From a virus (lineage: Duplodnaviria; Caudoviricetes): a stretch of 64,000 nt of DNA. Below, one piece after another: positions 35,415 to 45,276 of the stretch; position 1 is the stretch's first letter; each line of letters starts with the position of its first letter. Position numbers and translations under genes: made by a program. The notes under the pieces were generated by a model that ran no database searches, was not told the origin of the DNA, and saw only the letters and a program-made list of their open reading frames with translations. Where the stretch lies: positions 798-64,797 of the IMG/VR virus record IMGVR_UViG_3300048928_000482; one strand, 5' to 3'.

Positions 35415-35748
35415 TGCGCCCCAGCACGCTGCGCGTGCTTCCAGGTCTCCGCGCCAGCGCCCGGCGCCTGAACGCCGGTTGCGGTGCCTCCTGGCTGCGC
35501 GGCGCCGGCGCACAGGCTGCTGCCCGTCCCGGTGGCCTGCGTGCGGCCCTTCGACTCCGACAGGCCGGGTGACGCCGGCCCGCCTGGCCCCAGAACCTCA
35601 GATCGACCTACCCCGCGACGGCGGGGCCGTCGGCGCGCCCAGAACCGGACCGCACGGCGACCCGGTGATGGTGGCCGACCTCCTGGCCGGGCTGGACCTG
35701 CGTGACCTGGGAGTCCCGGCATCCGGCGGGGCGCCGGCGGGCGGCGCT

Positions 35749-37266
35749 ATGAGCGCGCCGAGACGTTCGCGCAGCGCGACGCGGGGGGGCTCACGGCTGT
35801 GCGGGTGGGCGGTGGACCGGTGGGCGCACGCGGCGCGTCTGGATCCGCAGGAGGCGGTGCGCGCCGGCGCAGCCGGAACCCCGGTGGGTGCGGCACTGGG
35901 GCTGACGCGGTGGCTGGTGCGCCAGCTGCGCGCGCACGCGGTGCGCGCCGGGGTCGCTGACGTGCTGGCGGCGGGCGTCGTGGACCACCTGCCGCCCGCG
36001 GAGCGTGAGCGGCAGGCCGGGTGGCTGCTGAGTCTGGTCCGCGAGGAGAGCGGGCCCGCGGTGGGCGAGGCGCGTCACCCAGGAGGCAGGGCGGCCAGCC
36101 CCGGAGCTGGGACCCAGCCGTTCGCGCCGGCCCGCGAGGCGAGGCGACGGCGAGGGCAGCACGCGGACGGCCAGGCGCGCGCGGTCCTGCCGTTCACCCC
36201 CACGACCGCGCAGGAGACGTCCGACCTGTACGTGGCGGCGGCGATCCCCCCGGGCGCGGAGCGGGTCTCTCAGGCGGTGTGGCGAGGGGTCGTCGCCTCG
36301 ACGGTGACGAACGCGAAGCTGCGTGTCGACGCTGTGCCGACCGTGCTGCGGGTCGCCCACGAACTCATGGTGTGCGCGGACTGGGTGACCTGTGCGGCGC
36401 GGCCGGGCTGGGCGCGCCTGGCGGCCGCGGCCGGCGTGTGCGAACGCACGGTGGGGCGGGTGCTGGCTCGGTTGCGGGCCTGGCGGCTTCTGGGGGGCGT
36501 CGTGGGTGGACGTTCGGCGCCGTTCGCGCGCACGGTGGCCGACACCGGCACCAACCGCTGTGCCCTGTACGTCCTGACCGCCCCGACTCGCGACGAATCC
36601 GCTGGTCAGGGCCAAAGTGTCAGCCCTTCACCGGTGTCGGTGATCGTGGTGCGTGACCCCGTTCCCACGCGCGAGGAACGACCCCGGGCGGGACCGCTGC
36701 GCGGTGCTGCAACCTCTGATTGCGCCGCTGCGCGGCGCGGGCCGGGGACGAGCCCCGGTACCCGGCTCGACCTGCCACGTCCAGCGGTCGCATGGCCTGC
36801 GCACCGGGTGCCGGTGACGAAGGCGGAGCGCCTGGAGGCTGCGCTGGATCTGCGGTGGCGGGTGCCGGTGCTGCGGGCCGCGTCCAGCGCCGGGGTGGCC
36901 TCGGTGCTGCGGGAGTTCCACCTGGCCGGGTGGACGGTCGCGGACGTCGTCGCGGCGATCGAGCACACCGTGGACGGCGTCCGTCGTCCGCACTCGGGAG
37001 CGGATGGTGTGCGGTGTCCGCGAGGGTGGCTCGCCGCGCGACTGGCGTCCTGGCGGGACGCCGCCGGCCGGCCGCTGCTCTCGCGTGCGCAGCGGGCCGA
37101 GGCCGCCCGGACCGCGGCGATCCTTCGGGCCCGCGACCGGCGCCGCCAGGACGCGGCCACGTCCCGGACCGAGGCCGACAGCGTGCCGTCGTCGGGCTAC
37201 CTGGCGTGCAAAGCCGCGCTGGAGGCAGCGTCCCGTGCCCACCCGTCATCGATATCTCCGCGGTAG
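35749..37266 (+). CDS. Putative replication initiator (actinobacterial plasmid-type Rep with wHTH)
   Basis: RPGWARLAAAAGVCERTVGRVLARL...NRCALYVL; C-terminal GWTVADV...PRGWLAARLASW. Confidence 0.65.
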   Translation: MSAPRRSRSATRGGSRLCGWAVDRWAHAARLDPQEAVRAGAAGTPVGAALGLTRWLVRQLRAHAVRAGVADVLAAGVVDHLPPAERERQAGWLLSLVREESGPAVGEARHPGGRAASPGAGTQPFAPAREARRRRGQHADGQARAVLPFTPTTAQETSDLYVAAAIPPGAERVSQAVWRGVVASTVTNAKLRVDAVPTVLRVAHELMVCADWVTCAARPGWARLAAAAGVCERTVGRVLARLRAWRLLGGVVGGRSAPFARTVADTGTNRCALYVLTAPTRDESAGQGQSVSPSPVSVIVVRDPVPTREERPRAGPLRGAATSDCAAARRGPGTSPGTRLDLPRPAVAWPAHRVPVTKAERLEAALDLRWRVPVLRAASSAGVASVLREFHLAGWTVADVVAAIEHTVDGVRRPHSGADGVRCPRGWLAARLASWRDAAGRPLLSRAQRAEAARTAAILRARDRRRQDAATSRTEADSVPSSGYLACKAALEAASRAHPSSISPR

Positions 37267-37409
37267 CTCGCCGCGAGCTGAGCGGGAGACGCGGTGTCCA
37301 CGCCGCGACCGCTTGAGGATCTGATGACCGACCTGCGCACCCCGAGCACGAGCGGCCCTCGCCGCGCCGGCACCCGAGCTCGCGGCGCGCGCCCCCGCGC
37401 GGGGCGCTG

Positions 37410-38144
37410 ATGGCCACGCCCGTCGTGGTCGCGGCGACCGCGAAGGCCGCGCTCTCGAAGAAGCTGCGGCGCCGGATCGGGTGCGGGTGCCTGCTCGCCG
37501 TGACCGTCCCCGTGCTGTGCGTGTTCCTGGTCCTGGTCGGTGTGCTCGGTGGGGCGCAGATGGTCCTGGGCGGGTTCGACGAGGCCGAGGGCCTGGCCAC
37601 CGCGGCACCCGCCGCCGGTGGCGGGTACCCCGGCGGGGAGGTCTCCTACGACGCTGACGGGTCCATATTCGTCGACCGCGGCGGATCGGCGAACGCCTGG
37701 GGCGGGCACTCCAACGGGCGCATCCCCGACGGCGCGCTGTGCTCGCTGAGCATGCGCCCGGCGCTGCGCGCCCGGTGCGACGCCGCGGACGCCCTGGACC
37801 GGCTGAACGCCGCCTACGTCGCGGAGTTCGGGGTCAGCATCGCCGTCACCGACGCCTACCGGGACCACGCCGGGCAGGTCGCGATCAAGAAGTCCTGGTG
37901 CGACCGGGGCCGCTGCGCCATGGCCGCCACCCCAGGGACATCGAACCACGGGTGGGCGATCGCGTTCGACCTCGGCGGCGGGATCAACACCTACGGGTCC
38001 GCGCCGTACGCCTGGATGAAGAACAACGCCGCCGCCTTCGGGTTCTACCACCCGACCTGGGCCGAACCCGGTCACCCCGACTACGCCAAGCCCGAGCCGT
38101 GGCACTGGCAGTACCTGTCCGGCGCCGATCCCTCGGCCCGCTGA
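37410..38144 (+). CDS. M15B (VanY-like) D,D-peptidase, conjugation-associated peptidoglycan hydrolase
   Basis: N-terminal TM; AYR, AATPGTSNHGWAIAFD and EPWHW motifs. Confidence 0.88.
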   Translation: MATPVVVAATAKAALSKKLRRRIGCGCLLAVTVPVLCVFLVLVGVLGGAQMVLGGFDEAEGLATAAPAAGGGYPGGEVSYDADGSIFVDRGGSANAWGGHSNGRIPDGALCSLSMRPALRARCDAADALDRLNAAYVAEFGVSIAVTDAYRDHAGQVAIKKSWCDRGRCAMAATPGTSNHGWAIAFDLGGGINTYGSAPYAWMKNNAAAFGFYHPTWAEPGHPDYAKPEPWHWQYLSGADPSAR

Positions 38145-38185
38145 CCCCGCACCCCGACCGTCGCCGACCACCCTTGGAGCACGCC

Positions 38186-38905
38186 GTGACCGACACACCG
38201 CCCACGCCCCGCACGAGCCGCCCCGCCGACGACGGGACCGCGACGACGAGGCCCGTCCCCGAGATCAACCGGCGGCGTCTGGTCGGGATCGGCGTCAGCG
38301 CGCTGGTGGTGTGCGCCGCGGTCGCTGTCGCTGCCGTCTGGGTGCTGGTGACCCCGGACACCGATGCCGCTGCCGAACCCGCGGCCGCCGCCTCGACGAG
38401 CCACGCGGTCGCGCCGACCACGCCGGCGAGCACACCGACGCCCGAGCCCGATGCCGACACCATCGACGCCGACGTCGGTGGGCCGGTCAGCGAGGACCAC
38501 GACGTCGCGGGCGACACGGACGCGGCCCTGGCCGAGAGCTGGGTGCGGACCCTGCTCGGGTGGACACCGCAGGAGCGCGACGCCCGCGGCGCCGACGCCC
38601 GAGCGCGTGAGGCCGCCCCCGGCGCGGACATCGAGGTCGTCGCCGGGGCCGTGCTCGACCATGCCGCCGCCCTGGCCGCCGGCTCCCCGCTGGCCCCGCT
38701 GGTCGAGGTCCTCGACGTGACGGACCCCGAGGTGTGGACCCCGGACTGGGTCGTGCTCGACGTGCAGGTCATCACCGGTGCGGCCCCGGAGGTCGGGGTC
38801 CCCGGGTTCGTCCTGCACGTGGTCTGCGAGGTCCAGGTGATCGAGGGGCAGGTCACGGGCGCGCTCATCGGGGACGGTGCGGCCTGGATCGAGTACGACG
38901 CGTGA
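38186..38905 (+). CDS. Bitopic membrane protein of the conjugation cluster (VirB8-like position)
   Basis: Single TM, PT linker, small extracellular domain. Confidence 0.6.
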   Translation: MTDTPPTPRTSRPADDGTATTRPVPEINRRRLVGIGVSALVVCAAVAVAAVWVLVTPDTDAAAEPAAAASTSHAVAPTTPASTPTPEPDADTIDADVGGPVSEDHDVAGDTDAALAESWVRTLLGWTPQERDARGADARAREAAPGADIEVVAGAVLDHAAALAAGSPLAPLVEVLDVTDPEVWTPDWVVLDVQVITGAAPEVGVPGFVLHVVCEVQVIEGQVTGALIGDGAAWIEYDA

Positions 38906-39204
38906 GCGGCCGGCCTGCCCAGCTCGACGGGTTCGGGCTCGACTTCGCCTGGCTCGGTCAGGACACCGGGGACCGGTTGCGTGAGCTCGCCGGTGGGCTG
39001 CTCGCCGCCGGGCTCGTGGCGTGCGGGATCGCGGTGCTGCTCGGCGTCGCGACGGTCGTGGCGGGCAAGGCGGGGATGCAGGTCAGCGAGAAGGCGACCT
39101 CGTTCGCCTCCGGTGCGGTCACCATCGGGTTCGTCGGCGCGGCGGTCCTGGGGTGCGTGTCGGCGGCTGTCGCGCACTACGCCGACATCACCGTCGGCTG
39201 GTGA
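38902..39204 (+). CDS. Pilin-like two-TM protein
   Basis: 100 aa, two TMs; paralogous layout to the next gene. Confidence 0.6.
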   Translation: MSGRPAQLDGFGLDFAWLGQDTGDRLRELAGGLLAAGLVACGIAVLLGVATVVAGKAGMQVSEKATSFASGAVTIGFVGAAVLGCVSAAVAHYADITVGW

Positions 39205-39313
39205 GCGTCCCGCGCGGCGCGCCGATATCTGCAGGCCCACGGGTGCGCGTGCGTGCGGGGTCCGCAGCGAGCGGGCCCGCCGGTGGTCCGACACGCAAAG
39301 ACAGGAGGACGGT

Positions 39314-39640
39314 GTGAGCACACCCCTGGCGGGCCTCATGCCCGCGGACGGTGACATCCCCGACAACATGGGCGTGAAGATCGACTTCGACGCGTTCCCG
39401 TGGATGGCCCAGCTGCAGGAGTGGGCCGGTGGCCTGCAGGCCACGTTCCTGATCCTGGTCGGGATCTTCGTGGTGGTGGGCGTGGGCATGTGGGTCGCGG
39501 GGCGGCTGTCGTCCTCCCAGCAGGTCCAGAAGGTCTCGGCGACGGTCGTGCTGATCGCGTTCGTCGCCGCGATCGTGATCGCCGCGGCGTTCGCGATGCT
39601 CGTGTGGGCGACCGGGTTCAACATGGGCTTCGGGTCGTGA
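39314..39640 (+). CDS. Pilin-like (DUF6112/VirB2-like) protein
   Basis: IDFDAFPWMAQLQEWAGG then two TMs; AGGAGG RBS. Confidence 0.7.
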   Translation: MSTPLAGLMPADGDIPDNMGVKIDFDAFPWMAQLQEWAGGLQATFLILVGIFVVVGVGMWVAGRLSSSQQVQKVSATVVLIAFVAAIVIAAAFAMLVWATGFNMGFGS

Positions 39641-41556
39641 CCACGGCCACCACCCCCAGCATGCTCACCCCGGCCGACCGCGCGCGGGTCGGCGTGCAGC
39701 GCCTCGGGCTGGAGCTGACCACGGTTCCGGCCCTGGCGGGCTCGTGGTGGGCCGGCAAGCGCGCCGCGTCCCGGCGCCGCCTGCGTGCCGTCGCGACGGC
39801 CGGGCTGCTGGTGGGGGTGGTGGCTCTGTGCACCGCCGGGTGGTGGGATCCGGCGATCGACGCGGTGTTCGGCGCGATCGGCGGATGGATCGTCAACGCC
39901 GCCGTCGACGCGATCGCGGAGGCCTCGACGCAGTTCATGTCGTTGGCGTTCAACAACCCGCTCACCGAGATCTCCGAGGGGGAGTGGGCGGTCGCGATCC
40001 GGCAGGCCTCCCGCTGGGGTGCGGTGTTCGCGGTCGTGGCGGTCGGGGCGTGTGCGGTCGAGGTCGTCGCCTCCCTCATCGCTCGCGACGCCGCCCGGGC
40101 GCTGCGTGCCGGGATCATCGCGGCCACCGCCTGGCCGATGACGGTCGCCGCGATCCTGGCCCTGGCCGAGCTCGTCGCGATCACTGACGGGCTGTCCGGG
40201 CAGATGTTCGACAACGTCGCCGGTGACGGCGCCACCGGGTCCGCGGCCGCCGCCTCCGCGATGGGCGCCGCGATGGGCGGGCTGACCGCCGCGACCCTCG
40301 GGGTGTCCGCGTGGCCACTGGTCGTGATCGGCGCGCTGGTGTGCATCGTCGGGCTGCTGATGATCGCCATGGTGATGTCGGCGCGCGCGTTCGGGCTGCT
40401 GGTGGCCACCGGCATGGCCCCGATCGCGCTGATGCTCGTGGGCTTCAAGGGCACCCGCGGGATGGCCCGCAAGTGGGTCGAGGTCGTCGCCGGGCTGCTG
40501 CTCGCCAAGCCCCTGGCCGCCGGGATCATCGTGCTGTGCCTCGAACTGGCCGGTGAGGGCTCGCTGGACTCGTTCATCATGGGCACCGTCGGGCTCTGGG
40601 TCGCGGTGTTCTCACCTGCCATGGCGATGTCCCTGGTGTCGTTCGCGGGCGCACACCTCGGCGCAGCGATGACCGCGCACGCCTCCGCGTTCAAGAACCT
40701 GGCCGCCCAAGCCACGCAAGCCGCAGCCACCCGGCTCGCGCTGGAGGGACCGAACAGCGAGGGGCTGTCCAAGCTCGCCCACGACACCGCCGGACTGGTC
40801 AAGGCCGGCATCGGCGGCCTGGACACGATGGTCAGCTCCCTGGGGTCGAAGCTGAACACCACACCCGCCCGCGACGACGAGGGCTCCGATGACGGCGCAC
40901 CGGACCCGGCCTACGGTAGCGACGACCCGACGACGACACCGCAGGACGGCCCGGGCGACACCGAGGACACCAGCACGGGCGACGGCACCGAGGAAGATGG
41001 CGACCTCGCCTCGACCGACCACCCGGACACCGGCCCCGACGACCCGACCCCTGACTCCGGCGACCCGGCCCGTGAACCCGTGACCGACCCCGAGCCCAGC
41101 AGTGAGTCCGGCCCCGACGACGGCGACGACCATCGAGCTCCGGCTCCCGTCGAGGAGCCCAGCAGCGATGTGGACGAACCGGCGCCGGGCTCGGGGAGTG
41201 GTGGGGGCGCCGCCGACGGACCGTCGCCGGGTCCCGAGGGGTCGACGGCGCCCGGTACAGCGCCAGCGAGCCCCGCTGGTGCGGGGCCTAGGAGCGGCCC
41301 CGGTGCCCCGGGATCGGCCGGCACGTCGTCGGTGACCGACCCTGGCGCGCCCCCGGCGTCGTCCAGCGGCACCGGCGCAGGAGGTCCGGGCGGCCCCGGG
41401 GTCGACGATGCCGCTGCCGCGCCGCAGGAGCAGCGCGGCCCGACGCCCGTCTCGGCGCCCGCTCCCGGACCGGCTCCCGCCCCACCTGGTCCCGCGCCCG
41501 CACCGGGTCAGGGCGCGGGTGGCTCGGGTGGCCCGAACCCGTTCGGCAGCAGGTGA
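39637..41556 (+). CDS. VirB6/TrbL-like polytopic membrane protein with acidic Pro/Gly tail
   Basis: Multiple TMs, MAPIAL...ARKW...LLAKP motif. Confidence 0.78.
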   Translation: MTTATTPSMLTPADRARVGVQRLGLELTTVPALAGSWWAGKRAASRRRLRAVATAGLLVGVVALCTAGWWDPAIDAVFGAIGGWIVNAAVDAIAEASTQFMSLAFNNPLTEISEGEWAVAIRQASRWGAVFAVVAVGACAVEVVASLIARDAARALRAGIIAATAWPMTVAAILALAELVAITDGLSGQMFDNVAGDGATGSAAAASAMGAAMGGLTAATLGVSAWPLVVIGALVCIVGLLMIAMVMSARAFGLLVATGMAPIALMLVGFKGTRGMARKWVEVVAGLLLAKPLAAGIIVLCLELAGEGSLDSFIMGTVGLWVAVFSPAMAMSLVSFAGAHLGAAMTAHASAFKNLAAQATQAAATRLALEGPNSEGLSKLAHDTAGLVKAGIGGLDTMVSSLGSKLNTTPARDDEGSDDGAPDPAYGSDDPTTTPQDGPGDTEDTSTGDGTEEDGDLASTDHPDTGPDDPTPDSGDPAREPVTDPEPSSESGPDDGDDHRAPAPVEEPSSDVDEPAPGSGSGGGAADGPSPGPEGSTAPGTAPASPAGAGPRSGPGAPGSAGTSSVTDPGAPPASSSGTGAGGPGGPGVDDAAAAPQEQRGPTPVSAPAPGPAPAPPGPAPAPGQGAGGSGGPNPFGSR

Positions 41557-43007
41557 GCGGGATGAGCGCAGAGCTGCCGGAGGCCGTGTTCGCGCGGGTC
41601 TCCCGCACCGGGGTGATCGCCGGGCTGTCCGGTCCGCAGCTGGCCCTGGCCGCCCTCGGTCTGGCCCGTCCGATGTGGGAGCTCGTGGCCAGCTCGAACC
41701 TGCCCGGCGCGCTGGGTGCGTTGCTGTGGTGGACGACGCCGCTGGTGGTGCTCGCGTGCGGGTCGTGGAGGGGCAGGTCGTTCCTGGAGAGGGTGAACGT
41801 GATGGGGTTGTTCTCGCTGCGACAGGTCCTGGGCCAGACGCGCGCCGTCGTGCGGGTGGGCGCCCAGCACCGGGCCGGAGCGATCGCGGTCCCCGGTGCC
41901 CTGGGTGACCGGCTCACGACCCTGGACATGGTCGGCACCGCGTTCGGCGGGGCGTTCCTGTGGGACCAGGTCACCCAGGAGGCGACCGTCGTGCTGCGCG
42001 TCACCACCGAGGGCTGGCCACTGGCAGCGCCGGCCCAGCAGAGCGGCCGAGCCCGCGGGCTGTCGGACCTGTGCCAGCGCCTGGCGTCCGTGGAAGGGAT
42101 CTGCCGGGTCGTCAAGCACTCCCGGACCTATCCCGTCCCGCCGCTGTCCGCCCCCGTCGGAGCAGCCGGCGCCCTGGTGCGGGTCGACGCCGAGGAGCTC
42201 GCCGAGCACCCCGCGATGCAGACCCTGCGCGGCCGGGACGAGGTCATCACGATGACGCTGGACGCGCGCGCCGTCGCCGCGGAGATCGACGCGGCCGGCG
42301 GGGGGATCGAGGGGCTGTCCTGGGCGCTCGGCGACCGGGTCGGGCAGGTCGTCCTCGGACTGCCCGAGTGCGGCGTGCGCACCCAGGACGCCACCTGGTG
42401 GTCCGCCGGGCAGATCCGGGCCGCCGTACGCCTGGCGTTCGACCCGGACGCCGCCGGGCTGCTCGCGGAGTCGGGGTGGAGCCTGGACGACGGGGCGGTG
42501 ATCGCCTCGGTCGCCGACGAACGCTACGACCACCTGGTCACCGACACCGCGGTGCATCGGACCCTGTGGGTCGAGACGTGGCCGTCGATCCCCGCACGGG
42601 CCGGGTTCCTGTCGAACCTCGTCGCGACCGGGACCATCACCCGCACGTTCACCCAGATGTGGTGCCCGGGGCAGGTGTACTCCGCGGAGAAGCGCCTGCT
42701 GAACGCCGAGGCGTCGCACAACTCGGCCACCGCCGTGAACACCAAGCTCGGACGCCCCGCACCGATCGCGCACACCACCGAGGGCAAGGAGCTGCGCCGC
42801 CGGCGTCGCGAGCTCGAGGCCGGGTACGCCGACGTGCGGCACTCCGGATGGATCACGTTGACGGCGGCGGACGTCGAGGAGCTGCGCGCCGCGGAGATGT
42901 GGGTGCGCAGCACCGCGCGGGGGTTGGGGCTCAAGACGCTGCGCGGAGACCAGTGGGCGGCGTTCTGCACCGCGGCGCTGCCGCTGGGGATCGGACCGCG
43001 CGCATGA
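41553..43007 (+). CDS. SCO6880/PrgI (VirB3-like) protein
   Basis: SRTGVIAGLSGPQL, HRTLWVETWP, QWAAFCTAALPLG. Confidence 0.82.
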   Translation: MSGMSAELPEAVFARVSRTGVIAGLSGPQLALAALGLARPMWELVASSNLPGALGALLWWTTPLVVLACGSWRGRSFLERVNVMGLFSLRQVLGQTRAVVRVGAQHRAGAIAVPGALGDRLTTLDMVGTAFGGAFLWDQVTQEATVVLRVTTEGWPLAAPAQQSGRARGLSDLCQRLASVEGICRVVKHSRTYPVPPLSAPVGAAGALVRVDAEELAEHPAMQTLRGRDEVITMTLDARAVAAEIDAAGGGIEGLSWALGDRVGQVVLGLPECGVRTQDATWWSAGQIRAAVRLAFDPDAAGLLAESGWSLDDGAVIASVADERYDHLVTDTAVHRTLWVETWPSIPARAGFLSNLVATGTITRTFTQMWCPGQVYSAEKRLLNAEASHNSATAVNTKLGRPAPIAHTTEGKELRRRRRELEAGYADVRHSGWITLTAADVEELRAAEMWVRSTARGLGLKTLRGDQWAAFCTAALPLGIGPRA

Positions 43008-44617
43008 GCCCCCGTCTCGGGCGCGACCGCCGCGACGAGCCCCGCGACCCGGCCCCGGCGACGCCCGACGCCGAGCGCGACGCCCAGACGTCGCCGGAGC
43101 GGTCGCCGGTGCCCGTCCCGGCCAGGGGACGGCGCGGCGGCGGGTCCGACCCGGTCTCGACCCACGCCCTGACCGCGACCGACGGGCGGACCTCACGGCG
43201 CGAGCGGCGGCGGGCGGTGCGTGCCGCACGGTCGGCCGTGCAGGCCCGCACCCGCGCCCGGCACACCGCGGCGACCAGCGACCTGCCGGTGGTCGGCGGG
43301 CGGCTCGCGCGACGCCTCGCCCGGTGGGGCAGGCTGCGACGCGGGGCGATGTGGGGGCCGGTCGGGGTCGCCACGCCGGCGCACGTGACCTCCGCCGCGC
43401 GCATCGGGGTCCTGACGAGCTTCTGCGTGCCGCAGGCCTCGGCGATCCCCGGCCCGGTGATCGGGTGCGAGGTCACGACCGGTGCGCCATTCACGTTCGA
43501 CCCGTGGGGCGTGTACCCGCAGCTGGCGACCAGCCCGTGCATGCTGATCTGCGGGCTGCAGGGCTCGGGCAAGTCCTACGGCACCAAGGTCACGATGCAG
43601 CGCCTGGTCCACTGGGGTCGTCAGGTCATCGTCTCCAGCGACCCCAACGGCGAGTGGTCGGACCTGGCCGAGGCCCTCGACGGGCAGGTCATCTACCTCG
43701 GCCCGGGCACCGGCACGGTCATCTGCCCCCTGGACGAGGGCACCCGGCCCCCGACCGCCAGCGCCCAGGAGTGGCGTCGCGCCGTCGACCTGCGCCGCGG
43801 TCAGGCTCTGGCGTCCATCGTGTCCATCCTGCGGGGCTCCGGGCGCCTGGACGACGAGGAGCAGACCGTCCTGGACACCGCGGTCGAGCACATGGCCACC
43901 GGTGCACTGGATCCGACGATCGCCGCCCTCGCAGTGTGGCTCGACGAGCCACCGGTCGAGCTCACCGAACGGTCCGGCCCCGACGCCGCCCGCCGGCTGT
44001 CGTTGGTGTTCACCCGCCTGACCCGCGGACCGATGGCCGGGATGTTCGACGGCACCTCGACCACCGCGCTCGACCCGGGCGCACCCATGATCACGATCAA
44101 CACCGCCGGGCTCGGCGGCGCCGGGGACACCGTGCGGCAGATCGCCGCGGCGTGCACCTCGGCGTGGATCGACACCACGCTGCGCGGACGCGACGGCCGC
44201 TGGCGGGTCGTGGTCTGCGAGGAGGGCTGGGACGAGCTGCGCAACCCCGCCCAGGCCCAGGCGATGGACGAACGCATCCGGCTGGCCGGGCACCTGCGCT
44301 GCTCGACCGTCCTGATCATCCACGAGCTCAAGGACGTCGACATCTTCGGGTCCGCCGGCTCCGCGCACCGCGGCCTGGTCGAACGGGTCCTGTCCAAGTG
44401 CGCGATCAAGGTGCTGTACCGGCAGTCCAGCGACTGCATGCAGGCCGTGATGCGTATCGCCAAGCCCACCGCCCCGGCAGCGGGCCAGCTCGAGTCCCTG
44501 CCCCAGGGGCAGGGCATCTGGTGCATCGGGACGACCACCCCGATCTGGGTGCACCCCGTCGCCGGCCCCACCCTCGACGCCCTCATCGACACCAACGCAG
44601 GAAGGACCGGCCGATGA
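43004..44617 (+). CDS. VirB4-like conjugative ATPase
   Basis: FTFDPW, GLQGSGKS Walker A, DPNGEW, VVCEEGW Walker B. Confidence 0.88.
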   Translation: MSPRLGRDRRDEPRDPAPATPDAERDAQTSPERSPVPVPARGRRGGGSDPVSTHALTATDGRTSRRERRRAVRAARSAVQARTRARHTAATSDLPVVGGRLARRLARWGRLRRGAMWGPVGVATPAHVTSAARIGVLTSFCVPQASAIPGPVIGCEVTTGAPFTFDPWGVYPQLATSPCMLICGLQGSGKSYGTKVTMQRLVHWGRQVIVSSDPNGEWSDLAEALDGQVIYLGPGTGTVICPLDEGTRPPTASAQEWRRAVDLRRGQALASIVSILRGSGRLDDEEQTVLDTAVEHMATGALDPTIAALAVWLDEPPVELTERSGPDAARRLSLVFTRLTRGPMAGMFDGTSTTALDPGAPMITINTAGLGGAGDTVRQIAAACTSAWIDTTLRGRDGRWRVVVCEEGWDELRNPAQAQAMDERIRLAGHLRCSTVLIIHELKDVDIFGSAGSAHRGLVERVLSKCAIKVLYRQSSDCMQAVMRIAKPTAPAAGQLESLPQGQGIWCIGTTTPIWVHPVAGPTLDALIDTNAGRTGR

Positions 44618-45276
44618 CCCACCCCACCACCCACGGGGACGACGCCCCGCCGGGCACCGACCACCGAGTGCGGCTGCTGCCAGCGGGCACCGAACGGGTG
44701 ACGGGCCTGAGCGTCGATGCCGTGGCGTCGCGGATCGGGTCCGCGGGCGGCTGGCCCGCCGCGGTGCACCACTCCCGGGCGTGGGCCGGTGCTCGCCGGT
44801 ACCTGCCGGTCTACCGGTGGGCAGCCGGGCTGGATGATCGGACCATCGCGGCGACCGTCGCTGCGGGATGGGGCGCGTGGCTGCTCGGCGGTCTGCTCGC
44901 CCACCTGCTCGGCGGCCCGGGCGCCGTCGTCCCGGGCGTGGTCCTGGCGGTCGTGCTCGCCGTGGTCGACGTCGCGGTGGTGTCCTGGTGGATGGGGTAC
45001 CGGCGGTCCCCGGCGCGTCTGCGGCACGCGATCTTGGCCCGCGAGCAGATCGCGGCCGGGCGCGAGCTCGCGGACTCCTCGCTGGGCGGCCGTCAGGTCG
45101 CGGGTGCGGGCGCTCAGGTGCGCCCGTCCCTCGCAGCCGGGCAGCTCGACTCCGGTCCGACGCGGCGTCGGGTGACCGCGATCGGCCCCGAAGGACGGCA
45201 CCGCGCCTGCCACCCTGGAACGCTGCCGACCTGCGCGTTCACGCACTCCGACCTAAATGCGGGTGCGCCGCGATGA
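44614..45276 (+). CDS. Membrane N-terminal half of the type IV coupling protein
   Basis: Two TMs followed by QVRPSL, the usual pre-ATPase linker of actinobacterial TraG. Confidence 0.6.
   Translation: MTHPTTHGDDAPPGTDHRVRLLPAGTERVTGLSVDAVASRIGSAGGWPAAVHHSRAWAGARRYLPVYRWAAGLDDRTIAATVAAGWGAWLLGGLLAHLLGGPGAVVPGVVLAVVLAVVDVAVVSWWMGYRRSPARLRHAILAREQIAAGRELADSSLGGRQVAGAGAQVRPSLAAGQLDSGPTRRRVTAIGPEGRHRACHPGTLPTCAFTHSDLNAGAPR

Noticed and set aside
40860-41550. Low-complexity Asp/Pro/Gly stretch as a separate repeat element
   Set aside because: In-frame disordered tail, common on VirB6-like proteins.
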